Part shown: in pieces, positions 49,015 to 61,665 of the stretch
Layout of the letters: each line of letters opens with the position of its first letter
How positions within the stretch are numbered: the stretch's first letter is position 1
Assembly (NCBI RefSeq): GCF_032444005.1
Contig: NC_091285.1
Location: forward strand, 56,296,001 to 56,360,000
Length of the DNA stretch: 64,000 nucleotides
Direction: 5' to 3'
Origin: Ranitomeya imitator
Lineage: Eukaryota
The notes under the pieces: generated by a model
What the model was told of the DNA's origin: nothing
Databases searched by the model: none
The model's input: the letters and a program-made list of their open reading frames with translations, nothing else
Program-made: the position numbers and the translations under genes

Positions 49015-49290
49015 CCGTAACCCTAGCCCCAACCCTAACCCCAATCCTAACCCTAGCCCTAACCCTAACCCTAGCCCTAACCCTAAGACTAGCCCTAACC
49101 CTAACCCTTGCCCTAACACTAGCCTTAACCCTACCCCTAACTCTAGCCCTAGCTTTAACCCTAACCCTAGCCCTAAGCCTAGCTCTAATCCTAACCCTAG
49201 CCCTAATTCTAAGACTAGCACTAACCCTTGCCCAACCCTAGCCTCAACCCTAGCCCTAACCCTAGCCCTAACCCCAGCCCTAGCCCTAAC
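49015..49290. repeat. Degenerate telomere-like hexamer array (CCCTAA/CCCTAG)n
   Basis: Read directly; about 45 hexamers. Confidence 0.9.
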
Positions 49291-52200
49291 CATAATGGGA
49301 AAATGGGAATAAATACATTTTTTGAATTTTATTATTTTTCCCTAACTAAGGGGGTGATGAAGGGGGGTTTGATTTACTTTTATAGCGTTTTTTTAGCAAA
49401 TTTTTATGATTGGCAGCCGTCACAGACTAAAAGATGCTTTTTATTGCAAAAAAAAGGTTTTGCATCTCCACATTTTGAGAGCTATAATTTTTCCATATTT
49501 TGGTCCACAGAGTCATGTGACGTCTTGTTTTTTGCAAGACGAGTTATTGTTTTTATTGGTAACACTTTTGGGCATGTGACATTTTTTGATTGCTTTTTAT
49601 TCTGATTTTTGTGAGGCAGAATGACCAAAAACCAGCTATTCATGAATTTCTTTCTGGGGGTGCGCTTATACCATTCCACGTTTGGTAAAATTGATAAAAC
49701 AGTTTTATTGTTCAGGTGAGTACGATTACAGCGATACCTCATTTATATTTTTTTTATGTTTTGGCGCTTTTATACAATAAAAACTATTTTATAGAAAAAA
49801 TAATTATTTTTGCATCGCTTTATTCTGAGGACTATAACTTTTTTATTTTTTCACTGATTATGCTGTATGGCGGCTCGTTTTTTGCGGGAGAAGATGACGT
49901 TTTCAGCAGTACCATGGTTATTTATATCCATCTTTTTGATTGCATCACGTGCTATTTCACTTTTTGTTCTGCGATATGATAATAAAGCGTTGTTTTTTGC
50001 CTGTTTTTTTTTTTACCGCGTTCACTGAAGGGGTTAACTAGCGAGACAGTTTTATAGGTGGGGTCGTTACGGACGCGGCGATACAAAATATGTGTATTTT
50101 TATTGTTTTTTTATTATTTAGATAAAGAAATGTATTTAATTTTTTACACATGTGAATATCTTTCTTTCTTTACAACATTGCCCCAGGGGGGGGGGGCATC
50201 ATGTTATAGGGTTAGATCGCTGATCTGACACTTTGCACAACACTGTGTCAGATCAGCGATCTGACATGCAGGGCTGCAGGCATACCAGTGCTTGCTCTGA
50301 GCAGGCGCTGGTAAGCCACCTCCCTGCAGGACCCGGATGCAGCCCCGCGGCCATTTTGGATCCGGGGCCTACAGGGAGAGGAAGGTAGGAGACCCTCAGA
50401 GCAACGCGATCACATCGCGATCACATCGCGTTGCTCTGAGGGTTTCAGGGAAGCATGCAGGGAACCCCCTCCCTGCGTGATGCTTTCCTATGCCGCTGGA
50501 ACACTACGATCATGTTTGATCACAGTGTGCCGGGGGTTAATGTGCCAGGGGCAGTCCGTGACAATAGTTGTGGACAGGAGGGAAATGTTTTTGGGTCCAG
50601 CAACCCACTTCCGCTACCGTGACATTAAAATCTGCCACCAGTGAGGCTACATGTCCCAGTTGGCCCCTATGCAATATCTGGTGCTTCCCACATAGCTCAC
50701 CGCATCTGTATCTTGCATATTTTATGCTACAATTTTTATGCACTTTACTATAAGCACATTTGTGAATGCCTCTATTCTTCTTGACTACTTTCCTTTGTCT
50801 TAAAGAGCTATTCTCAATAAGTCTCTTGAAAAGATCATATATATGAAATGTGCTTATCTCTTGTTTTTATTTTATTGCAAGGTTGGGCGCTTATCCTTGA
50901 CTGAAAGTTGTCATCAGCAGCCGAGCTGTAGCATTATCAGAACTTATGTTGAGCTTTATTGTTCTTCTGCAACACATTCAGCTATCATTGGTTTATTCTG
51001 GAGTGTACAATGCTATAAAAGTACTTACATATAAAGATAACAAAGCATTTGAACAGCACACAGGAAAGTGAGATCCCTGATTAGGAGAACTTAGGAGAAC
51101 TTTATGGAAAATGTTGATGGTGGGGTATTGTGATTTAGCAAGTTTTGGAACAGTAAATTGTCAGGAGCTGAGAGGGAGGAAGAAGGAGATGAACTGCTAA
51201 CTTTTGTATAAAAATCAATGGACAGGAGAAAAGTGGCTATAATGCTAGGAGTTAACTCATTTCCTGCAATGTAGCTAGTGCACACACTCAGCCAGTCTCT
51301 GATGACTACTAATTCTTCTGTTTTTGAGCAATTGGTTTATTGACATTGCTCAATGTTTTATACTTTGCTCTGTGCTGTTTGAAGAACATACAAATGATAG
51401 TGTTTGCCAAGCTCTTGATGTAGTCATGCACTCCTTGAGATATATTCATTCAACATTTATATAAGCATGCATTTAAGAAATCTAAGTCTTTTTTAAGAAA
51501 TCAACTATTTCAATTGTGACCAACTACTAAGGTACTGCATGCTTTGCCGCAGATTTACTGCTGTAATAAGAAAGAACTCTAGAATTTGATTTTTTCTCTA
51601 GTGACTAAATGTCTTCTAAAGAACAATTTGATAAATCATTTTTCTTAGCAGGAGCCATTTATATACCCATGTGCATTAAACTTGTTTGTGCCTTTACCTT
51701 GGACATTTTTTTTCTCAAGTTTTCAACAACTTAAATATGTTATTTATTATTACCTATAAGTAATGCTGTTTTTGCACCTTTTTTACAAAAAGGACAACCA
51801 GGAAAGAATGGGCTCAAAAAATGCCCTTATGCACTTTGAATGCAAAGCACGATTAAACAGCAGACACTTAGGGTTTGATTTATAAAATGAAATGTGGTCT
51901 TATTGCAGATGGAAATCAATAAAATCTCATAATCAAAATCTAAAACTTCTCTACAAATATAAAAGCTGAGCTGTGATTTTTTTTCTTTGCATTGAGTAGC
52001 AAATACAGCTTTCCTACTGGTATGTACAATGACGCTTATAGTTAGAAACAAATGTGAATAACAAATGGTTCTATTTATGATCTCTGAAATTCACGAATAT
52101 TAGACAAAATAAAGTTTTTAATCAAAACCAAACATATATCTGCTTCACAGCCACCTCTGAGGGTCTTGTGTTCAAACAAAAATGCTGATGAATCCAAAAT

Positions 52201-53029
52201 ACATGATTTTTAAACAGAAAATTTTTAACAAACGGCATAATGAATACAAATGTACATTTCATCATTTTACAAAATAAAAATTGACGTCTCTGTACATGAA
52301 ACAAGGGGGTATTTATCATCTTAACTTCAACAATTTTTGGTACCAAAAGACATCACAACATTGGTTGTATATTTTGTAGGTTGTACAAATTCTCTTTTTT
52401 CTAAGTTGGTTGGTAGAAATGAGCAAACGTGGGGAGCAATTAATCAGTGTGCAACATTTTCATACAATGTAGGAAGCGTTATAGATTTCATGTTCTTGCA
52501 CATAGACAACCCAAACAGATGCTTCAAGGTGACTCAAAGCTTTGCCTGCAACTTACCTGGAACTAAGTATTCAAATTTCCTGCAGGCGATAGGTAAAATT
52601 AAACATTGTACATTGTTGATTTCATTTAATAGATCAATTAATGTACAGTAGATAAACAAGTTAAAAAAGGAGGAGTACTTTGTATCAGTTTTCCATTTTG
52701 GCCAGGAGATGAAGAGCCTGAAACTTAAACTCTTTCTATTTCTCAAGATTATAAGATAATTGACATTCTAAACTGAACAATAGCTCTTATTACATAATGA
52801 AACTTCTATTAAAATTATTATCTTATTATTATAATTAAATATTTTTATCACAATTAAAATTCATTCATTTCCATTGCTATTTAAAACTATACCAAGGAGA
52901 AACAGACCATGGAAGCGAGTGACTGGCTCTAACCCAAGTAGAATTGCTTGTATTAGGTTACTGACTTCATAAGTGAAGTTGTAATTATTATAGAAATTCA
53001 AAAACTGCCAGGAGATTACAACATCTTAC

Positions 53030-55441
53030 CTGTTCTGCGCTTAGAGAACTTTCTTTGAGAGTTTCAGTTCCTTGCTCAGTATTGTTGGCATCAATCAGGT
53101 TTTCCACAGGGACATTTCGACTTGGATTCATGTAAGTAAAATCACCCTCAGCAGGATCAAGTGCCACACACATATTATATGAGTATGGTAAAGGTAACGA
53201 TCCATCACTATACATGGAGAAAGTCCTGGGATCAATTGGAGGATACAGATTTGTAGTGAGAGAAGAGAAGGCCGGTAATGGTTTTGGCTGCTTACATTTG
53301 GATATAATCGCCACCATCACAGTTATTATAAAGAGCAAAGAAATAAGTGCAAGTCCAACCACTAAGTAGAATTGTAAGTAGCTTTGAGTTTCTTCATCTT
53401 TCTCATTGTTGCTGAGCTTAGGAACAACCTGCTGAAAGTCCTCTGCAATAATAAGAGTTAAGGTGGTTGTAGTAGAGAGAGTGGGATGTCCATTGTCCTT
53501 CACCATCACTACAAGCTTGTAATTCAACATGTCCTTTTCTTGAAAGATTCGTGATGTTCTGATCTCTCCTGTGTACTCACTTATGACAAAATGATTTTGG
53601 TCTGACATTGGTATAAAATGATAAGAGAGCCAGGAATTATGTCCAGAGTCTGCATCCACTGCCACCACTTTAGTTATTAAAGAACCAGGCTCAGAAACAA
53701 AAGGCACCATCTCAAACACAGCTGACCCACCAGTATCTGGCGATGGGTATAAGATCTTTGGTGCATTATCATTCTGGTCCACTATATGGATAAATAATGT
53801 AACATTGCTGCTCAGAGAGGGGGATCCATTGTCTGAGGCTGTGACTTCTATTATAAACTCCTTGTTCTGCTCATAATCAAATGATCTTTGAGCATAGAGA
53901 ACGCCGGTCTCTATATTGATGGAGAGATAAGATGTCATTGATGGTGTTTCTGTAATGGTGCTAGAAATTGAGTACTTTATTTTAGCATTGTCTCCAGTGT
54001 CAGGATCTGAGGCTTGTATACTGAATATTGGAGCTCCTGGTAAATTGTTCTCTGGCACATAAGCCACATAAGTAGATTTAGAAAATATTGGTGGATTGTC
54101 GTTAACATCTGATACATCCAATGTGAGAACTTTTCTACTGGAAAGAGGTGGAGATCCTCTATCTTTGGCTATAATTGTGATATTGTAAGAGGATACTTTT
54201 TCTCTGTCTATAGCATTTTTTAATACAAGTCTATAGTAAGTGTCTAAAGATAGTAAAGTAAAGCCAACATCCTGAAGAATAATGCAGTCAACATCTGCAT
54301 TATCTCCAGAATCTTGGTCATGAACTTCGATCAGTGCGACCATTGTTCCAGGTGCAGAATCCTCAGGAATAGGAGAAGATAATGAGCTGATGGATATCTC
54401 AGGAGCATTGTCATTTATATCTATGACTTCCACCAGAACCTTACAATGAGCTACAAGGCCTCCTCCATCCTTGGCTTCTACAGATAATTCATAATTCTTT
54501 CTTATTTCATAATCCAAGATTCCATTGGTCTTGATGTCACCAGTGTTTGGATTAATTCTGAATATTCCTGTATGATGGTTGTGTTCAGATATTTTCAATA
54601 AAGAGTATGTAATCTGAGCATTGATGCCTTCATCATTGTCTGTGGCATTTATCATGATCACTGTAGAATTAACTGGGATGTTTTCCTTTAAATTGACTTT
54701 ATACATATCTTGAGTAAATATAGGGGCATTGTCATTGGCATCTGTAACAATGATCTTTAGTAATGTTGTACCAGACCTGATAGGATTTCCTCCATCCAAG
54801 GCAGTTAGTGTTAATTCATGAATGACCTGTGTCTCTCTGTCTAATGGTTTCTGTAGGACAAGCTCTGGATATTTACTCCCATCTGTTCTGATATTCTCAG
54901 TTATTGTAAAATACTGATTATCACTGAGCTTGTATGTCTGCACTGAATTACTACCAATATCTGGATCTTCTGCACTTCGCAAGACAAATTTTGTTCCTAT
55001 CTCTGTAAATTCAATTATTTTGAAAACAGATTTAACACTAAAAAACTGTGGCGCATTATCATTAACATCCTGAATTTCAATTTTAATTTTAAAATTATTA
55101 AAAGGATTTTCAATCACAGCATCAAAGGTTAGAAGACAAGTAGCTTCTGCTCCACACAATGTCTCTCTGTCTATCCTGTCTTTTACATGTAGATTTCCAT
55201 TGTTTTTATTTATATAGAAGTATCTATCTGCTGATCTGGATACAATCCTCAGTTTTCTAGATGAGAGCTGATTATCTAATCCAAGGTCATCTGCAATATT
55301 TGTTATAACAGAGTCTTTCCTCATCTCTTCTACAATGGAATAATGAATCTGACCGGAGACTGAATGACACAGCCAAACAATGAATATAGAAATTGCTACT
55401 TGCCATCTGATTCTGTTGCAGCTCCTTGTAGAAGATTTCAT
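53030..55441 (-). CDS. pcdhg: Protocadherin gamma variable exon, intact
   Basis: Paralogous ATG at 55441 (further in-frame ATGs at 55450 and 55456); six EC repeats, TM; CAG|GTAAG donor at 53030/53029. Confidence 0.96.
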
Positions 55442-55678
55442 TTTGTCCATCCTCATTGAATTTTTCCCATATATTATCTCATGAGGCTTCATCATCCAAT
55501 GCAGTTGCTGAGCAGAAAATAGTTCAAATCTGTAATGTCTTTCCAAATTATTTTCTTAGCTCTATAACCAGGAGAATCTAGAAGATGTGTGTGGTTCTTT
55601 CTGTGAATCAGCAATGTATGTGGCAGAGGAAAATATCACTGAATTTCTTTTTCTGCATTTTTCTTCTTTCTGATTAAA

Positions 55679-55714
55679 CAGCGACGCTCAGAGGTGAAAA
55701 TAAAGTATTGCAAT
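55679..55714 (-). promoter_or_regulatory. Pcdh CSE / CTCF-type site 5 (core variant)
   Basis: CAGCGACGCTCAGAGGTG: one substitution relative to the other five cores. Confidence 0.82.
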
Positions 55715-56435
55715 ATTCGTAAAAATCTTATATAGTAGAATTTTGAATTTTCAAAATATTTTATTGCCATTTACATTTCAATAACTTACATTCAACCCTT
55801 TATTTAGTGTTTGGTTTTGTAAACAGCCATTATATTTCATTTTTACAAAACAGTAAGCAAAGTCCTTGAAAAAAACCATCAATAAAATTTATTTCGACAT
55901 ACGTATGTAATCAAATGTATTATAAAACTGAGACATATTTTCAAGCAATGAACTGTTCCAGTTATGACCCACTACTAAAGTACAATAGCTTTTTCTGCAG
56001 ATTCATAGCACCATTGGCTAAGAAGGCAAGTTGCCCACGGAGACAAACTTTTCTTTAAGAAGATTTTACAAGGAACAAGTTTTCTTAAAATTTTTGAAGG
56101 ATCAATTTATAAGCTTATTGTCTCACTGTCTCCATAACTAAATAAATGTAATAACTTATTTATTTTTGCTCATAATTTAAATTCTTTATGACTCCTGTTA
56201 GAGTAGCTGCTTTTTCCTTACACCATCTTCAGAACCAGAACATCCTTTGGCCTCTAGTTTAGGATAGTACAGAACACTCAGAATACAGAGCATCATAAAC
56301 TGTGCACACATAGGTCTTTACCAAAATTATACAACTGAAAAATGTAAAGCTTATATTCAAAGCAATTTTCATTTCTAAGAAAATTTCATCTCTAATATTT
56401 TTAAAACCTATGCTGCAAATTTTTTTTGCAATAGG

Positions 56436-57380
56436 TGTCAAGTTCTCACCGCTGCACAGAGGGAATCTCGAACCATGTCCACTGCGGTCTCCCATTTTTC
56501 TCCAGCCGCAGTAGAACCTGCTCAGCAGAGACATCGGTCCCAGCGTCTGGCTCAAGCTGATACTGTGCGACTGGTTACTGCTGTCTTTCCAGATTCTAAC
56601 TTTGTAGCCAGTACTGATCAGCAGTGAGCAGGCCTTTCTGGGACAAAGTGCCGCTTTTCTCATACTGAGCATGCCCATTGGAGGTCGGGGGTCACATGTA
56701 GAGGTCCTGTTGTGGCTCCTATTGGATCATCTGGAAGGTCCTGGTGTCCTACTGCTGTAAAAGCTTTGCATGGCCGCTCGGCCATGCGCTAGTGTATACT
56801 AACTAACGTGTGTGTGTAGATGAATGTCTGTCGATGGATGAAAGCTCCTTAATCATTCCCATTCCTTGTGGTGATGACTGCTCGTGAATGGTGGAAGCTA
56901 CCTAACGCCCAACAGTGCTAATCTGCACACTCAGCACATGTTACAGCATCTCTTCGCCGTGCCCGCCAGTGCGGCACCATGCGCTATGAGTGTGCTTTCC
57001 TGACAACTGGTCAGTCTAGGGTGGGAATTCCCGCTTGGACTCAGCATCTGACTCAGGGCATCCTCAGGCGTGGGCTCAAAAGCCATCGAGGGTAAGAGCG
57101 AGTCCAATCACCAGTTTAGTGGGGATGATTTATAGGGATCCCACTAGTGTCTATCAGCTGCAGCCTGTGACTGCTAACAGGGCACAGCGTATATTGGCAA
57201 CTCTGTGAAGCAACAGAGTTCGCTTCCATTCACACTGGGTAAGGTCTAACCCACGTGTGAGCAAGTGTCCATCCGCCATTACTCAGCAGCAGGTGTCATC
57301 CCTGCACGGTGGACCCCGGACTGCAAACGCACTTCATATTCTCTGTTATCACTATTTGGTGTGTTCCGCCAGTCCTAACA
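56436..57380 (+). mobile_element. Solo LTR, diverged relative of 46507-47516
   Basis: Collinear similarity over most of its length; ends CCTAACA; 5-bp TSD ATAGG (56431-35 and 57381-85). The first 7 bp (TGTTAGG) appear to be lost. Confidence 0.78.
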
Positions 57381-58436
57381 ATAGGCAACAAGGCCAGTTG
57401 TTCTATTTGCTATTTTTATTAAATGAGATATACGGAACAGTATGAATGATTTATTAAATGTTGTAGCGTTACAAGGTATGTATGAAAGCTGAATATCCTT
57501 AAATTTCCAAATATTTTGCGTTTTAAGTTGCTGATTTGCAACTCTTTGCAAATATCAATTTTTCTATATATGACACATTACAATTAATACAATCAAATAA
57601 TTTGTAGATATAGAAAACGTATAATCATTTTTTCATTCAGTATAGAATGGAACGTATAAAGAAAAAGTATAGAAGAAAAATTTTGCTCTCCTGTATTTTA
57701 GACTCTCTATAAATTTATAGGTCAGCATGTAATTTTGGTTTATGGGGACATATCAAGCCCAAGAAGAAAAAGTTGAAAATTATGGACAGTTAAAAATTAA
57801 TATTATTCACTGTTATAATTGTTTATGACAACAAAATCACTAACTGGTTTGGATTTTTCCATTTTTCATTAAGAGAAGATCGTGAAGTTGTAGTAGTGGT
57901 ATGAATTTTGGTAAAACATTTTTTTTACTAAGTTCTACTATTGAACTGCAAATCTTTGTATATATCTAGTTTAAATAGTTGGTCAATGTTTCATGACTCC
58001 TACTTATTAAAATGATTCCCATTACAATAAATCAGTTGAAAATGTGTCCTCTTCCAGAACACCAAGCAATCTTCTGTAAGCTATTGTCTAAACCTGGAAG
58101 TGAATGTTCAGTTTTCCTGCAGTGTCGACACATAGGAAGTGAAGCACTATGCAATGTCCAAACAAATCAATATGTTTATTGAGTAAAGCAGGACACAGGT
58201 CCTACAGAGTGGTCAATATTAGAGATGAGAATACTAATTAAGGAACCTCTGTTATCAGACCCGAATAATTAAAAAAACTGCACATTTGGGACATACTGTA
58301 CATCATCTATAAATTTAGATGACTGTCTCCAAAATGCAGCTCCAAATAGAGTTGCTTTTGATAAACAAATGATTCTAGATATTATAATGTATGAGTTAGT
58401 CAACTTCACAAAAAAAGGCAGAAAGTTACATCTTAC

Positions 58437-60848
58437 CTTTTCAGAACTTGGTGATGTCTCTGGGAAACTTTCAGTTGCTTGTTCTGTATTTTCAGCATCA
58501 ATCAGGTTTTCCACAGGAACATTTCCACTAGGATTCATGTAAGTAAAGTCCCCCTCAGCAGGGTCTATTGCCACACACATATTATATGAGTATGGTAAAG
58601 GTAACGATCCATCACTATACATGGAGAAGGTCCTGGGATCAATTGGAGGATACAGATTTGTAGTGAGAGAAGAGAAGGCCGGTAATGGTTTTGGCTGCTT
58701 ACATTTGGATATAATCACCGTCATCACAGTTATTATAAAGAGCAAAGAAATAAGTGCAAGTCCAACCACTAAGTAGAATTGTAAGTTGCTTTGAGTTTCC
58801 TCATCTTTCAGTTTATTGCTGAGCTTAGGAACAATCTGCTGAAAGTCATCTGCAATAATAAGACTTAAGGTGGTTGTAGCAGAGAGCGTGGGATGTCCAT
58901 TGTCCTTCACCATCACTACAACTTTGTAATTCAATGTGTCCTTCTCCTGAAATAAGCGTGATGTTCTGATCTCTCCTGTGTACTCATTTATTGCAAAATT
59001 ATGTCGGTCTGACACTTCTATAAAATGATAAGAGAGCCAGGAATTGTGTCCAGAGTCAGCATCCACTGCCACCACTTTAGTTATTAAAGAGCCAGGCTCA
59101 GAAATAAAAGGCACCAACTCAAATGCAACTGACCCACCTGTTTCTGGTGATGGGTATAAGATCTTTGGGGCATTATCATTCTGGTCCACTATATGGATAA
59201 ATAATGTAACATTGCTGCTCAGAGAGGGGGATCCATTGTCTGAAGCTGTGACTTCTATTATAAACTCCTTGTTCTGCTCATAATCAAATGATCTTTGAGC
59301 ATAAAGAACTCCGGTCTCTATATTGATGGAGAGATAAGATGTCATTGATGGAGTTTCTGTAATGGCGCTGGAAATTGTGTAAATAATTCTAGCATTGTCT
59401 CCAGTGTCAGGATCTGAGGCTTGTATACTGAATATTGAAGCTCCTGGTAAATTGTTCTCTGGCACATAAGCCACATAAGTAGATTTAGAAAATATTGGTG
59501 GGTTGTCATTGACATCTGATATATCCAATGTAAGAACTCTTGTACTGGAAAGAGGTGGAGATCCTCTATCTGTGGCTATAATAGTAATGTTAAAAAAATA
59601 ATTTTTTTCTCTGTCAACGGCAATTTTTAAAACAATTTTATAGTAATTTTCCAACGATAATAAATTAAAAGGAACATCTTCAAGAATTTGACAGTCAACA
59701 TCTGCATTATCTCCAGAATCTTGATCATGAACTTCGATCAAAGCGATCATTGTTCCAGGTGGAGAATCCTCAGGAATAGGAGAAGACAATGAAGTGATGG
59801 TTATCTCAGGAACATTGTCATTTACATCTATGACTTCCACCAGAACCTTACAATGAGCTACAAGGCCTCCTCCATCCTTGGCCTGTACAGACAATTCATA
59901 ATCCTTTGTTTCCTCAAAATCCAAGGACCCATTTATCTTAATTTCACCAGTTGCTTTATTAATGTTAAATATTCCTGTATGATGGATGTTTCCAGATGTT
60001 TTCATAAAAGAATATATGATCTGAGCATTTATCCCTTCATCGTTGTCTGTAGCATTTAATATGATCACTGTAGAATTAACTGGGATGTTTTCCTTTAAGT
60101 TTACTTTATACATATCCTGACTAAATATAGGGGCATTGTCATTAGCGTCTATAACAATGATCTTTAGTGATGCTGTGCCAGATCTGATAGGATTTCCTCC
60201 ATCTAAGGCTGTTAGCAATAATTCATGAATATCTTGTGTTTCTCGATCCAATGGTTTCTGTAGGACAAGCTCTGGATATTTACTCCCATCTGTTCTGATA
60301 TTCTCAGTAAGTGTAAAATACTGATTATCACTGAGCTTATATGTCTGCACTGAATTACTACCAATATCTGGATCTTCTGCACTTTGTAAAGCAAATTTTG
60401 CTCCTGGAGACGCAAATTCGACAATTTCCAAAGTAATTTTATCATGAAAAAAATGTGGGGCATTATCATTAATATCCTGAAGGTTAACTTTAATCTTAAA
60501 AATATTTAATGGGTTTTCAACAACAGCATCAAAGGTTATGGAGCAAGAAGCTGCTCTCCCACACAATGTCTCTCTGTCTATTCTGTCTCTTGTATGCAGA
60601 TTTCCATTTTCTAGCTTGACATAAAAATATTTCTCTGCAGCTTTGGATACAATCCTCAGTTTTCTAGATGAGAGCTGATTAATATCTAATCCAAGGTCAT
60701 CTGCAATATTTGCTATAACAGAGTCTTTCCTCATTTCTTCTACAATGGAATAGTGAATCTGACCGGAGACTGAATAATGAAGATAAGAGAATAAGACATA
60801 TATTACTTGCCATCTGATTCCTGTGCCGACCTGTATAGAAGGTTCCAT
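58437..60848 (-). CDS. pcdhg: Protocadherin gamma variable exon, intact
   Basis: ATG at 60848 (also 60857); six EC repeats, TM; AAG|GTAAG donor at 58437/58436; 2412 bp. Confidence 0.96.
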
Positions 60849-61092
60849 CGTGTCCATCTTCAAAAACAATGTTCCATAGAATATCCAGTAAGACTTTATC
60901 ACCCAATGCAAATGTTAATTAGTAAAATGTTAAGATTTCTGTAATTGTCTTTTTAATATATATGCATCCTTAGCTCTGTGTCCAGGAGAATCCAGAAAAT
61001 GTCCGTGGTTCTTTCTGCAGATCAGCAATGTGTGTGACAAAGGAAAATACTAGTGGATTTCTGGTTCTGAATTTTTCTCCTTAATGGTTAAA

Positions 61093-61128
61093 CAGCGGCG
61101 CTCAGAGGTGAAAATATGGAATTGCAAG
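61093..61128 (-). promoter_or_regulatory. Pcdh CSE / CTCF-type site 6
   Basis: Core CAGCGGCGCTCAGAGGTG, 245 bp upstream of the ATG. Confidence 0.85.
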
Positions 61129-61665
61129 ACACTAAGATTATGTTTTAAAGCTTGAAATTATCTGAATATTTTATTTTTTGCACCACGTATTTTTATTTGA
61201 AAAGCTTAGTTATCCCTTTTAGAGTTTTCTCTATTTTAACACCTTATTGCTGTTGCGTTAGCTTTCATGAAACAGTTTTCATAAAACATTCGGAACCAAA
61301 TAGGCATATTATAATTACAATTTCATATAGTACAACTGAAGGAGAACATGCAGTATGTCCAATAAATTCAACCAAGGAATAGGAAAGGTTGCCTAGACAT
61401 TCATCGCAGCATTTTTTTGAAAGAAAGATATAGGTGAAGGAGAGTTAAGGAATGGCATCAGTTAAGACATCCGTTAAATATATCTAAAGATATATCAGCC
61501 TTACAAATAAGTTAATAAGGAATACTACAACATATTTTTAAGCAATTATGTTTTCCCTTTTTGACTCAAACCGGAGTTACCTCAGCCTACTCTACAGATT
61601 CACAACAATATTTATAAAGGAAGCTTGTCACTGTATATTAAACTTTTCTTTCCAATTGTTTTTTT

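Larger units (their letters stand above)
45697..50550. mobile_element. TTAA-target (piggyBac-like) non-autonomous element with internal ~385-390-bp tandem units; right end not found
   Basis: Left end TTAA|CCCCTTAAG at 45693-45705. Five internal units (about 46255, 47657, 48045, 48431, 48815). The right boundary is approximate. Confidence 0.5.

Noticed and set aside
48982-49605. LGLGLG/LTLALT/PNPS ORFs
   Set aside because: Translations of the telomere-like hexamer tract.
58269-58436. Extra C-terminal 55 aa on the last Pcdh ORF (and short tails on the others)
   Set aside because: Read-through past the GTAAG donor into intron; only real if unspliced transcripts exist, for which there is no evidence here.
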